A DNA stretch of 53,154 nt from Candidatus Hydrogenedentota bacterium (GTDB lineage Bacteria > Hydrogenedentota > Hydrogenedentia > Hydrogenedentales > SLHB01), in NCBI GenBank assembly GCA_034408725.1, contig JAWXCN010000053.1, forward strand, positions 1-53,154, written 5' to 3'. The position numbers and the translations under genes were made by a program. The notes beneath the pieces are model-generated. The model ran no database searches and was not told the DNA's origin. It saw only the letters and a program-made list of their open reading frames with translations. Positions 9,300 to 18,640 of the stretch are shown here, piece by piece. How positions within the stretch are numbered: position 1 is the stretch's first letter; each line of letters begins with the position of its first letter.

Positions 9300-11657
9300 A
9301 TGCCCATGCGCACCCTGGAGCAACGCATTCCGCCCGTGCGCGGTCTTATAGCCGTCCACAACCAATGGGGCGGCGCATTTAGCGCAATAGATTTGCGCCG
9401 GTGGATGCGGTTGAACCGCATAGTGTTCAACGTCGAAAAGGTTGATGTGCTTGCGCATGGCGCAGCAGCCGCGCGTGTATGCGAATTGCTCGAACCCGCG
9501 GGCGAATGGGGCCTGCGATTGTCGTTGCGGACGAACTGCGCAACGCCACCGCCATCACTGAAACCGCTTGCCGATGATGGCCTGCTCGATGTGTTGCTGG
9601 CGCCCGCGAGCCTGGACGCGCCGCAATTGGCCGCGTGGCTGGCCGCGTGCCGCGAAGCCGCGTTACCCGTCCGGCTGCAAATCCCCGCTACAATGTCGTC
9701 CGCATTCGACGTTGCCGCGTTCGTGAAGCGCGCACGGGATCACGGCGTCGTCGTGGTAAACATAGCGGCGTTTGATCCGTTCACCCCGCCATTCCGCGGC
9801 GCTCACCAGAACGAAAGCCGCGTGGCGATTGGCGCCATCCAAATGCTCACGCGAGCGCTCGAAGACGCGGATATCGAGTGCAATGTCATTGGCATTCCGT
9901 TCTGTCAAGCTGAAGAGCAGTCGCGGTCTAATATCGTCAACTCGCGGCAGTTCCATCTTGATCATCAGCACTACGGCAAAGCTTCATACGAACAGGCGTT
10001 AAACCTTTATCGCAACGTGCCAGCCGCCGTCAGCAAGATTATCCTGATTCTTCTCGCGCGGTCTACCTTTCAGCGCACGTTTGTGGATGCCGTGTTGCTG
10101 CGGTTGCTGCTGCACATGCGCCTCGTATACGGATGGTCCGTCGCGCTGCACAAGCTCACGCGCCACCTGCGCAGCCGTTATTTGAAACCCAGGGAGGGCA
10201 GGCAATCGATAGAACAGGTCACCGCGGAAATCGAAAAGGTTCGCGCGCGCGAAATGGCCACGCTCGGACCCGTGTGCTCAAAATGCAGTTTGCGGCGCAT
10301 TTGCGATCACGGAGGGCCGGAATTTGCGAACGCGCTACCGGGGCTTGTGCTGCGGGCGATCGAAGGCGAACTCGTCGTTTCTCCCCTGCATTTCGCGGTC
10401 GCTCAGCCGAAACATTACGATGCGGTCGACGCCGAAAGATTGAAGAGCACCGAGGGCCATGACGCGTTGGTGAAAGAAGCAAACGCCGTCGTCGAGAATC
10501 GCGCGCCGGACCGGCAAATCATGCCTTACGAATACACGATTGAAAGCGCGCCGTATGAACATCTTGAAGGCGGCGTGCGCTGGCACTCGATTACAAACAC
10601 CGAAAAACTGAGCTCGCCGTTGGAACACGTCGAGCCGCCGTTTACGATCAGCGTAACGTTCGGCGGGGGCATCGCGGAGTTCATCGGCTTCAGTTTTGGG
10701 CGGCATTGCAAGCTGCTCTGTTCGATGGAAGGTTACCGCCACACGGCTGTGCTGCATGTCGCCGCGGACGGTCATTACGTGCTGTTGCGTGACGGAAAGC
10801 CCGTGCATCCTGTCGAGTTTGATGGCATGTTTTACGTGCCCATGCGGCTCGCTGGACGGCTTGAGCCGCGTATTGCCATCTGGAACATTGACGCGCAGAT
10901 CGTCACGCAATTTGTAAAGATTTGGTTCGGCGAACACACGCATGAGCAGAAATCCGAAGGCGTAAAATTTTCAATAGTTGTCGTGAATACGCGATACGCG
11001 CGGCGATTGCAAGCTGTGCTTCGCAGTATTGCCCAGCAACGGGACATCGATCTCGCGAAGATTGAAGTGATCGTCTGCTACGTCCCAGGACTCGATGCCA
11101 CCGATGATTTGATCGACAGCATGCGGTTGTCGTATCCCGGACTTCGCATTCTACGGTCGCCGTTCCCCGTGCAAAACTCGAACTCGAAAGGCTTCATGAT
11201 CAATGAGTCCGTCAACATGGCGTCTGGAGAATGGGTGGTGTTGATGGACGCGGACATCATCATCGCGCCGAACATGTTTGCGCGCATTGATGCGCTGGGC
11301 GACGATGCGAAATTTGTCGCGCCCGACGGCCGTCTGATGTTGAGCAAAGAAAATACCGCAAAAATACTCATCGGCGAGGTGCGCCCGTGGGAACATTGGG
11401 ACGAACTCGTGAACAGTGGGGGAGAGTACCGTTACCGCGAGGCGCGCGGTGTTCCGGTCGGATTCTTTCAATGTTTTCGCCGTGAGTTTATTCAGGAAGT
11501 GAAGTATGCGGAGCTCGATCATTTCGAGGGCGCGGACATGTGGTTCGGCATGGCGTTGCAGGACCGCTACGGCAAAGAGACCCGGCTGTCCGGTATACCA
11601 GTCCTGCACCTGGACCACGGCGGCAGCCAATGGTATGGAACCACGAAACATTTTTGA
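9300..11657 (+). CDS. Multidomain protein: degenerate radical-SAM-like barrel + Cys cluster + beta-rich domain + C-terminal GT2 glycosyltransferase
   Basis: C-terminus has FSIVVVN...NSKGFMINESVNMASGEWVVLMDADII (DxD)...HLDH. N-terminus has LSLRTN, GIPFC and CSKCSLRRICDHG but no CxxxCxxC. Confidence 0.8.
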   Translation: MPMRTLEQRIPPVRGLIAVHNQWGGAFSAIDLRRWMRLNRIVFNVEKVDVLAHGAAAARVCELLEPAGEWGLRLSLRTNCATPPPSLKPLADDGLLDVLLAPASLDAPQLAAWLAACREAALPVRLQIPATMSSAFDVAAFVKRARDHGVVVVNIAAFDPFTPPFRGAHQNESRVAIGAIQMLTRALEDADIECNVIGIPFCQAEEQSRSNIVNSRQFHLDHQHYGKASYEQALNLYRNVPAAVSKIILILLARSTFQRTFVDAVLLRLLLHMRLVYGWSVALHKLTRHLRSRYLKPREGRQSIEQVTAEIEKVRAREMATLGPVCSKCSLRRICDHGGPEFANALPGLVLRAIEGELVVSPLHFAVAQPKHYDAVDAERLKSTEGHDALVKEANAVVENRAPDRQIMPYEYTIESAPYEHLEGGVRWHSITNTEKLSSPLEHVEPPFTISVTFGGGIAEFIGFSFGRHCKLLCSMEGYRHTAVLHVAADGHYVLLRDGKPVHPVEFDGMFYVPMRLAGRLEPRIAIWNIDAQIVTQFVKIWFGEHTHEQKSEGVKFSIVVVNTRYARRLQAVLRSIAQQRDIDLAKIEVIVCYVPGLDATDDLIDSMRLSYPGLRILRSPFPVQNSNSKGFMINESVNMASGEWVVLMDADIIIAPNMFARIDALGDDAKFVAPDGRLMLSKENTAKILIGEVRPWEHWDELVNSGGEYRYREARGVPVGFFQCFRREFIQEVKYAELDHFEGADMWFGMALQDRYGKETRLSGIPVLHLDHGGSQWYGTTKHF

Positions 11658-11659
11658 TA

Positions 11660-11700
11660 TTGTCCTTATGGACGATTAGTTGTACAATTGTCAAAACTAA
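11660..11700 (+). promoter_or_regulatory. Sigma70-like promoter with overlapping dyad (toxin-antitoxin operator)
   Basis: TTGTCC-N17-TACAAT, overlapped by TTAGTT...AACTAA and the TTGTACAA/ACAATTGT palindromes. Confidence 0.55.
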
Positions 11701-11709
11701 GGGCGTCCC

Positions 11710-12102
11710 ATGGATATCGTCATAGATACGTCAGCATTGCTTTCCGTAATCATGGCCGAGCCCGAACGCGATTCAATTGTGAACGTAACTTCTGGGCATT
11801 CGCTGATCGGCCCTGGATCAATTCCATGGGAGATTGGGAATGCTTTTACTGCGATGCTTAAACAGGGTTGCTTGAGTGTGGCTGACGCGCAACGGGGAAT
11901 GAAGATTTTCCAGAAGATTCCGCTGCGATATGTGGAAGTCGATTTTAATAGTGCGATCTCCGTCGCGAGTCAAGCTAAGATATACGCATATGACGCCTAT
12001 TTTCTTGATTGTGCACTTCGGCACACTGCCCCGTTGCTAACTCTGGATCGCGCTATGACGCGTGCGGCGCACAGGTTCAGCATTAAAGTGATCGGAGTCT
12101 AA
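11710..12102 (+). CDS. vapC: PIN-domain toxin (VapC-like)
   Basis: IVIDTSAL, WEIGNA, YAYDAYFL and LLTLD acidic PIN residues. Confidence 0.9.
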   Translation: MDIVIDTSALLSVIMAEPERDSIVNVTSGHSLIGPGSIPWEIGNAFTAMLKQGCLSVADAQRGMKIFQKIPLRYVEVDFNSAISVASQAKIYAYDAYFLDCALRHTAPLLTLDRAMTRAAHRFSIKVIGV

Positions 12103-12104
12103 AC

Positions 12105-12344
12105 ATGCGAGTCTATACCTATTCCGAAGCCCGGCAGAAGCTCTCCAGCGTGCTGGACAAAGCGGAGTCGACAGGAAAGGTGCTTATTCGTCGAAAAGAC
12201 GGAAGGACTTTTGCGTTAATACCGGAGCGGGACGAATTGTCCCCCTTGGATGTGCCCTCCATCCGCACAAATGTAACGACAAAGGAACTTGTTGCAATTG
12301 TCCGGAAAGAGCGAACCAAGGCACGGGGACGCAGGCGCAAATAG
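12105..12344 (+). CDS. Phd/YefM family antitoxin
   Basis: YTYSEARQKLSSVLDKA...VLIRRKDG. Starts 2 nt after the toxin stop. Confidence 0.88.
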   Translation: MRVYTYSEARQKLSSVLDKAESTGKVLIRRKDGRTFALIPERDELSPLDVPSIRTNVTTKELVAIVRKERTKARGRRRK

Positions 12345-12460
12345 AATATAAGAATTTGCAGGTTTACGAATCTGCCTCCAGTTCTGGCCACCCCCCGCGG
12401 AATCACGAAACCTTCTATTTGATCGAGCCAAAAGGGAAACGAAAAAGGAGGATCAACGGC

Positions 12461-13000
12461 GTGCAAATAGAGAGAACGCACGATTCAAACCGCTTCGATC
12501 CCTATGCCATTTCCCGTCCGCATTGGCGGCTGATGACATACTATTTGCTTGTTGCGCTGCTGTCCGGGCCGTTTTTCCCGATTGTAATCCTGCCGCTATG
12601 GTTTAAGTATGAGACTTTGCACTACCAGATCGATAAGAGTGGCCTATCCGTTAGGTGGGGAATACTTTTCCGGCGCGACATCCATCTCACCTATCGCCGC
12701 ATCCAAGACATTCATCTCACGCGCAACATCGTGCAACGATGGATGGGCCTTGCGACGGTAACGGTCCAGACGGCATCCGGAGGCGTAGGACCGCAAATGA
12801 CGTTTGAAGGCATTTTGGAAGCTGAGCCGCTACGTGATTTTTTGTATCAACAAATGCGAGGCGCGCGAGGCGAAACTGAAGTTGACGACGCGGCCGGCCC
12901 CCCCACCATGGCGGCGAGTGACGATGAGGCGCTCGCGTTGCTCCATGAAATACGTGATTTACTAAAGCGTGTGCTTACCCGGGACGGAAGCGCGCGATGA
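12461..13000 (+). CDS. Membrane-anchored bacterial PH-domain (bPH_2, YdbS-like) protein
   Basis: AGGAGG then GTG. N-terminal TM segment, RRIQDIHLTRNIVQRWMGLATVTVQTASG. Confidence 0.85.
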   Translation: MQIERTHDSNRFDPYAISRPHWRLMTYYLLVALLSGPFFPIVILPLWFKYETLHYQIDKSGLSVRWGILFRRDIHLTYRRIQDIHLTRNIVQRWMGLATVTVQTASGGVGPQMTFEGILEAEPLRDFLYQQMRGARGETEVDDAAGPPTMAASDDEALALLHEIRDLLKRVLTRDGSAR

Positions 13001-13737
13001 GCGACCCGGTGCGGCGAACGAGCGAATGGGTGTACGAGGGCGTGTGGGGCGTGCTCGCTCATGCACTGCGCGTTCCGCGTACTCCGCCGGAACTGCCGGT
13101 GCAGCCGGGTGAACAAGTGCTGGCGTTGCATCCCTCCGAGGGATACCTGCGCTATCTGAAATTTCAATTTTGGATCGCGCTGGTCGTGTTTGACGGATTG
13201 GTCTTCGCGGGTTGGGTGGCAAGCGTGGTCGCGGCGCCGTCACTCGGCATTTTAATTTCGCCGATCGCCATCATTGTTGCCGTGCTTCCCGACATCATTG
13301 CGTACGTTGGAATACACGTGCTCTACGACACGACGTGGTACGTGATTACGAAACGCAGCCTCCGTATCCGCACCGGTATTTGGGTGCTCAATGAACTAAC
13401 AATTACCTTCGAGAATGTGCAGAACGTCACTGTAAACCAGGGGCCATTGCAGCGCTTTTTCGGCATCGCCGATGTAACAGTGGAAACAGCCGGCGGCAGC
13501 GTGGCAACCGGCCCGCACGGCACAGCGAACAGCTCGTTGCACGCCGGCATCATTAAAGGAATCGACAATGCCGAAACCGTTCGCAGCCTAATCCGCGAGC
13601 GGTTGGGCCAGGTCCGCACCGCCGGTTTGGGTGATGAGCCTGACACACGCGCGGCGACGAGAGCAACGCCATGGCAGGCGCAACACGTCGAGGCGCTTCG
13701 GGAAATTCGGGATACAATAAGATCGATTGCGCACTGA
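12997..13737 (+). CDS. Second bPH_2 membrane protein
   Basis: ATGA overlap with the previous gene. Two TMs, then ENVQNVTVNQGPLQRFFGIADVTVETAGG. Confidence 0.87.
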   Translation: MSDPVRRTSEWVYEGVWGVLAHALRVPRTPPELPVQPGEQVLALHPSEGYLRYLKFQFWIALVVFDGLVFAGWVASVVAAPSLGILISPIAIIVAVLPDIIAYVGIHVLYDTTWYVITKRSLRIRTGIWVLNELTITFENVQNVTVNQGPLQRFFGIADVTVETAGGSVATGPHGTANSSLHAGIIKGIDNAETVRSLIRERLGQVRTAGLGDEPDTRAATRATPWQAQHVEALREIRDTIRSIAH

Positions 13738-13756
13738 AAACTTTAGCGAGGCAGAC

Positions 13757-14806
13757 ATGGACACATTCCGGTTTTTGATAATTTCACTAATGGCGTGCTG
13801 TTCTTGCGCAACGGCAGCGTTCGGCGTTCCATTGGCTCTGAATATAGACGGTGATCGGTTTACCGTAAATGGCGAACCCAAATACCTCGTCTTCGTTGCG
13901 TATTTCGATGCGCTTAGGGTGTCGAACGAGAATCTTGCCACGGACTTCGCGGAGTTGCGCGGAAAGGGTGTTGACGGCCTTCGCATTTTTCCGAATTGGT
14001 GGAAATGGTCGGACATGAAGCATTTCCCGGAAGACACGCTGATGCGTGGTGATGGCAACCTGCGATCCGAGCGGCTGAAAAAGCTCAAGCAGGTGTTAGA
14101 TGAGGCAACCGCGCACGGCTTGGTGGTGGATGTTTCATTTGCTTTTGAAATGGTCGAAGGTCTCTCCGACCTGCGCGCGGACCAGCTTGGAAAATCGCAG
14201 GGGCAATTGCCGGTTATTAATGCACACATCGACGATCTCGAACGCGGCTTGGTGGCGGTTACGAATGAACTGCAAACGTATCGGAACATTTTCATCGATA
14301 TTCAAAACGAATTTAACGGGCGCATTACGCATTTGGACAAGGAACAAGTGAAGCGCCTTCGTGACGCGATCAAGAAGGCAGATCCACGGCGGCTTGTCAC
14401 CGCATCCTTGGCCAATGAAATCGGGCCGGAAGAGGTGGCTGAGGACACCAACGAACTTGAGCTCGATATCGTTGCGTGGCATGAATCGCGCAACCCCTGG
14501 CATTACGACACAATGGACGAATTGACCCGGCGCGTGAAAGGCGTTACGAACAAGCCGGTATATTTCGGTGAGCCGGCATATATGGATGAAGGACATGGAG
14601 TAGATCATTTTATCGCGGCGGTGACGAATGCAAAAAAAGGCGGCGCGGCCGCGTGGACTTTGCACACGCAACACGGATTTGATTTGGCCGACGCGCGGTT
14701 TTTTGAGAAGATTTCCGATGCGGAAAAGTTATTCCTGGACCAGTACAAAAGACACGTTGATCAGACCACTTGGGGCGCGCCAGCCACGCCGGACAAGAAA
14801 CCGTGA
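13757..14806 (+). CDS. Secreted clan GH-A (GH5-like) TIM-barrel glycoside hydrolase
   Basis: Signal peptide, GVDGLRIF, IQNE (acid/base-like), PVYFGE (nucleophile-like), WTLH. Confidence 0.7.
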   Translation: MDTFRFLIISLMACCSCATAAFGVPLALNIDGDRFTVNGEPKYLVFVAYFDALRVSNENLATDFAELRGKGVDGLRIFPNWWKWSDMKHFPEDTLMRGDGNLRSERLKKLKQVLDEATAHGLVVDVSFAFEMVEGLSDLRADQLGKSQGQLPVINAHIDDLERGLVAVTNELQTYRNIFIDIQNEFNGRITHLDKEQVKRLRDAIKKADPRRLVTASLANEIGPEEVAEDTNELELDIVAWHESRNPWHYDTMDELTRRVKGVTNKPVYFGEPAYMDEGHGVDHFIAAVTNAKKGGAAAWTLHTQHGFDLADARFFEKISDAEKLFLDQYKRHVDQTTWGAPATPDKKP

Positions 14807-15258
14807 CGACTATTTTTGTCGATGCCGACGCGTGCCCCGTGAAGAACGAAGTATACCGCGTTGCGGAGCGTCTCAAGTTGAATGTAAAGGTGGTGGCGAA
14901 TGCCAGCCTTTATGTCCCCGAAGCGGATTGGATCGAATTGATCGTCGTGGGCAATGCAATCGATGCGGCGGACGACTGGATCGCGGAACACTCAGGCCCC
15001 AACGACATTGTTATCGCGGATGACATTCCGCTAGCGGCGCGATGTATCAGAAACGGCTCGCGCGTGTTGTCTCCAAAAGGAAACGAATTTACGCAGGAGG
15101 CCATCGGAAATGCGCTCGCCAAGCGCGAGATTCTGTCGCAGTTGCGGGAGAACGGCCTCGTGAAAGGCGGGCCCGCGCCGTTTCAATCGAAGGACCGATC
15201 CCAATTTCTACAACGCCTCGACACCATAGCGCGCGCCTGTCTATCACTGCGCGCTTGA
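14803..15258 (+). CDS. YaiI/YqxD (DUF188) family protein
   Basis: IFVDADACPVK, DAADDWI, ADDIPLA, GGPAPF. GTGA overlap with the previous gene. Confidence 0.93.
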   Translation: MTTIFVDADACPVKNEVYRVAERLKLNVKVVANASLYVPEADWIELIVVGNAIDAADDWIAEHSGPNDIVIADDIPLAARCIRNGSRVLSPKGNEFTQEAIGNALAKREILSQLRENGLVKGGPAPFQSKDRSQFLQRLDTIARACLSLRA

Positions 15259-15372
15259 TCGCATCGCAGCCAATATGGACTGCGGTAGCAGTCGCTACCG
15301 CTTTGACTTCCGGCGGAGCCGGAGCCTTTCCATGTCAACGGCGGTTGGCTTGCGTTATGTACGCGCTATTGG

Positions 15373-16029
15373 TTACTGCAACTCGATGACGCCTGCGATC
15401 AGTTTCCAACACGGTGGCGATTCGGATCCGCGCCACCCGGCTGGAACAAACGGCATGCCGAGGCTGGTGGTGAGCAGGCACGATTTAGGGGGTTTGTGAC
15501 CATTTTGCAATTTATCGTGGTATACGGGATCGGTGATGCGAGGGTCTATTTTATTTTTGCCAGAGCGAATGATGCCTCGCCAATACGTTTTTTCGATCAC
15601 GTCCATTCGCGACACCTTGAAATCATCGACGCGCAGCAATTGCAGGGTGGCTCGATCTTTTTGGGGTTTCTTTTGCATGTCCGCAATGGTCACATAGCGG
15701 GATTCGTTGTGCAGCACAATGTGCGGCGTTTCCGCAAGGTCCAGCAGATCCTTGATAGTCGCTTTTCCAATCAATCGCCACGCGCCCGGCAAGATGCTCC
15801 GGTTTTCGCGCTCAAATCCGAAATCGGGGCCATCACCGTCAAGCGGCAGTTCGATGACGTCCTGCAACTTCGGAAAATAACCATCGAGTTTCATGAGATC
15901 TTTCGGGATTCGGCCGTCGTTCAGGTTGGAGACCGGGCGGACCCATCTGCCCGTTTCAGGGTTGATGCCCGCGATGCAGTAGTCGTGATGTTTCCACGAA
16001 TTCGCGAGCACGATGAGCTGTGTATACAT
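15373..16029 (-). CDS. Dual OB-fold domain protein
   Basis: LIVLANSWKHHDYCIAG...WVRPV, ITDP, LTTSLG and CWKLIAGVI, which I recognise as dual-OB family motifs. Confidence 0.82.
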   Translation of the reverse strand: MYTQLIVLANSWKHHDYCIAGINPETGRWVRPVSNLNDGRIPKDLMKLDGYFPKLQDVIELPLDGDGPDFGFERENRSILPGAWRLIGKATIKDLLDLAETPHIVLHNESRYVTIADMQKKPQKDRATLQLLRVDDFKVSRMDVIEKTYWRGIIRSGKNKIDPRITDPVYHDKLQNGHKPPKSCLLTTSLGMPFVPAGWRGSESPPCWKLIAGVIELQ

Positions 16030-16463
16030 TACAGATGGACGATCTCGATGTCGCCCCAGCGGTCACGGAGGTATTCCGCCACCAACCGCCGGTGGCAATG
16101 CTCTGGCGTATGCTCGCTGCACAGGAGGCAACCGCTATCGAGAATGTCTTTCGGCACGGTTTCCGAGACGCGCCGGTCCGCAATCAAAGCGTTGAAAGCG
16201 AGTTCATACTGCTCCCAGGATCCCTTGCTCTTCTTGAAATCATCGAGAATGTCTTGTGTGGGCGCGAGCGCGGCAACGTGAATATAATCGATGCCGCCGA
16301 TGGCATGCAGGAAGTATTTCAGATCGCTGGCCTTCGCGAACCCGGCAAGTTGCGACGTGTTGTTCAGCCGGATATCCACGACGCGTTTCACACCGGCATT
16401 TAGAAGCCGCGAGAAGAATTCTTCCGCGGATTTCTTCGTAAAGCCGATGGTAAAGAGTTTCAC
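16029..16463 (-). CDS. DUF488 family protein
   Basis: LFTIGFTKK, VVDIRLNNTSQLAGF, LAPT, CLLCSEHTPEHCHRRLVAEYL. Confidence 0.9.
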   Translation of the reverse strand: MKLFTIGFTKKSAEEFFSRLLNAGVKRVVDIRLNNTSQLAGFAKASDLKYFLHAIGGIDYIHVAALAPTQDILDDFKKSKGSWEQYELAFNALIADRRVSETVPKDILDSGCLLCSEHTPEHCHRRLVAEYLRDRWGDIEIVHL

Positions 16464-17062
16464 GTTTCCGCCAACACCTTGCGATATTCGATGCGGTCCG
16501 CCTGTAGATCATACGCATGCTCGATGATGCCTTCCGCCGTGCTCAAGGGCCCAAACAATTCAGGCTGCAATTCATGCGATTCCGCAAGCCGTTCCAGCAT
16601 TGCGCCGTGCGATTCGATCGAGGCGTCCGCGCGAATGTGGGCAATGTCCAATGAAGGTTTCGCGCGCAATAACTCGCGGCAAACCAATATCGTGCGGTGG
16701 CACGTGATCGGGTCCGCTTCCGAACACAGGAGTGCGATCGTGAGTCGCCCCGCGCCTTCCAACACACGGTCGAGCCCACGACGAAAAATCGGCAATTCAG
16801 CGATATGCGCGTACTTCGCCTGGTTGTTCACGTAGCAGCAGTCTTCCTCGCGGCGCGCGCCGAGTTCTTTCCCGAGAAACCAGTAGTCGAAACCCGCGGT
16901 ACGCAGCGACGCTTCCAATGGCGCTTTTGAATATTGGGGCGCCCACTGGCTGTACGGGCTCGAACGCACGTCCGCGACCACCTCGACATCGTGCGTAGAA
17001 AGTAATTCCAGGAACCGCGCGATTTCGTGGTTCGAATGGCCAATGGTAAAAAGCTGTTTCAT
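16460..17062 (-). CDS. DUF488 family protein
   Basis: LFTIGHSNH, VADVRSSPYS, LGKELGARR, LLCSEADPITCHRTIL. Confidence 0.9.
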   Translation of the reverse strand: MKQLFTIGHSNHEIARFLELLSTHDVEVVADVRSSPYSQWAPQYSKAPLEASLRTAGFDYWFLGKELGARREEDCCYVNNQAKYAHIAELPIFRRGLDRVLEGAGRLTIALLCSEADPITCHRTILVCRELLRAKPSLDIAHIRADASIESHGAMLERLAESHELQPELFGPLSTAEGIIEHAYDLQADRIEYRKVLAET

Positions 17063-17121
17063 GGCGCCCGCAGTGTACGACAAATCCACCCCCGTTTCGA
17101 CGCGCCAAACTCCAGGCGCTG

Positions 17122-17161
17122 AAAACCGAAACCCGGTGTCCAGCTTACACCAGACACCGGG
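17122..17161 (-). terminator. Intrinsic terminator after the ankyrin gene
   Basis: CCCGGTGTC/GACACCGGG stem followed by a T-rich run on the minus strand. Confidence 0.6.
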
Positions 17162-17198
17162 CCGACAATGAAACCACCGCTACCAACAATTAAAAACT

Positions 17199-17759
17199 TT
17201 AATACGTGCCGCCATGCTCTCCGATCATCGCGGCCACGTCTTCATATCCCATCATTTTCGCAACGGCGAATGGGGTCATCGTTGTATACGAATAGTCCCG
17301 CACCGTAACATCCGCGCCGGAATTCAACAGGACTTCGGCTAAATCGGCGCGCCCGTTCAACGCGACCCAATGCAGGCCGGACATGCCGAATCCATCCATT
17401 TCGTTCACGTCCGCTCCGCTTTCGAGGAGCGCCTGGAGCGAGTTTACATGACCGCGGCGCGCCGCCTTGTGCAGGGGCGTTTCACCGGTTTCATCGCGCT
17501 CGGCGGGATTTGCTCCGCCCGCAAGTAGTTTTCTCACGGCATTCTCCATTCCCCAATAGGCGGCGCGCTGCAACAACGTGTCGCCCGCGCCACGGTCGGG
17601 TGCGTCCGCCATTTCCTGCCGGACCATGATCTCTTGCAGGCCGCGGTGGCCGCTTTTCAGCGCCCGGCTCATTGGCGTTTCACCATCGTCGTCCATCGTG
17701 TAATACCAATGGACCACTGCCGCCCGTTCACCATCCGTTGTTCGTTCGCATGTAAGCAT
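17199..17759 (-). CDS. Ankyrin repeat protein
   Basis: DDDGETPM, GDTLLQRAA, DETGETPLHKAA, GMSGLHWVALNG. Start uncertain. Confidence 0.88.
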   Translation of the reverse strand: MLTCERTTDGERAAVVHWYYTMDDDGETPMSRALKSGHRGLQEIMVRQEMADAPDRGAGDTLLQRAAYWGMENAVRKLLAGGANPAERDETGETPLHKAARRGHVNSLQALLESGADVNEMDGFGMSGLHWVALNGRADLAEVLLNSGADVTVRDYSYTTMTPFAVAKMMGYEDVAAMIGEHGGTY

Positions 17760-18115
17760 GCCGGGGTTAGTGCAACTTTGATACCCGCCACGTTGCCGAA
17801 AGCCTGAATTGCATAACCCTCGGACAGCCAATGGAATGGATAGTCCGATAGACCGCGCCACAGTGCGGCGCCGGATTTTGTGACAGCCGAAGGCCCGTCA
17901 AACTGACGAATATTTGGCAGTGCGCCGGAGACTATAAACCAACCAAGCCTTGCGGCCATCCTAGCCGAGCACGGTCTGTGGCAACGCCGCAAGTGTCTTG
18001 CAGGAAACGCGACTGACCGGTATACTTTCAGTCATCCCAGAGTTGGTGCGGTTATAATGAATTCCAGGCGAGAAGGAGCCCTTGGGGGGCTAAAACAAAG
18101 AGAGAGGGTAGACAC

Positions 18116-18574
18116 GTGCGTAAGACAGCATGGTTCGCAATCTGTGCGGTAATGGTGGTGGCGATGATGGCGGCGAGCGGTTGCGCCACTGGCGGCGGCG
18201 CGTCAGGGGCCGGCGCGGCCAAGGGCATGAGCGATGCCGAGAGCATCACCAAAACCCTGGAAACGTGGAAGGCCGGCATGGAAACGAAAGACGTTGCCAA
18301 GCTTGGCGAGGCAATGTCGGACAAGTTTAATCACTACGAATGGGGCAACAAACAGGGAATGCTCGATTTCCTGAAAACCCAGTTCGAACAGGGTACGCTC
18401 GAAGGCGCGAAAATTGACGCTACGAACGCCAAAACAACGATCGAAAATGGCGTGGCCACCGTATACCCAGTGGGATTGACCGCACCGTTTGGGACGGCGA
18501 CTATCGAGTTCAAACTCGAAAAAGAAGCAGACGGCATTTGGCGCGCAACGGGTATCACCGTCGAAGGCGTTTAG
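18116..18574 (+). CDS. Lipoprotein, NTF2/SnoaL-like fold
   Basis: Lipobox AASGC and Gly-rich linker, then a helix followed by beta-strands ending W-R-A-T-G. Confidence 0.75.
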   Translation: MRKTAWFAICAVMVVAMMAASGCATGGGASGAGAAKGMSDAESITKTLETWKAGMETKDVAKLGEAMSDKFNHYEWGNKQGMLDFLKTQFEQGTLEGAKIDATNAKTTIENGVATVYPVGLTAPFGTATIEFKLEKEADGIWRATGITVEGV

Positions 18575-18606
18575 GACAGAGTCGAGCTGCAATAGTAACG
18601 AAGCTT

Positions 18607-18637
18607 TGGCCGGAGCGGATTTGGTCTGCTCCGGCCA
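18607..18637 (+). terminator. Intrinsic terminator of the lipoprotein gene
   Basis: TGGCCGGAGC/GCTCCGGCCA stem followed by a T-rich tract. Confidence 0.65.
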
Positions 18638-18640
18638 TTC

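Noticed and set aside
17760..18115. Riboswitch or ncRNA in the ankyrin/lipoprotein divergent intergenic region
   Set aside because: Only small hairpins and no recognisable consensus; an Rfam scan would be needed.
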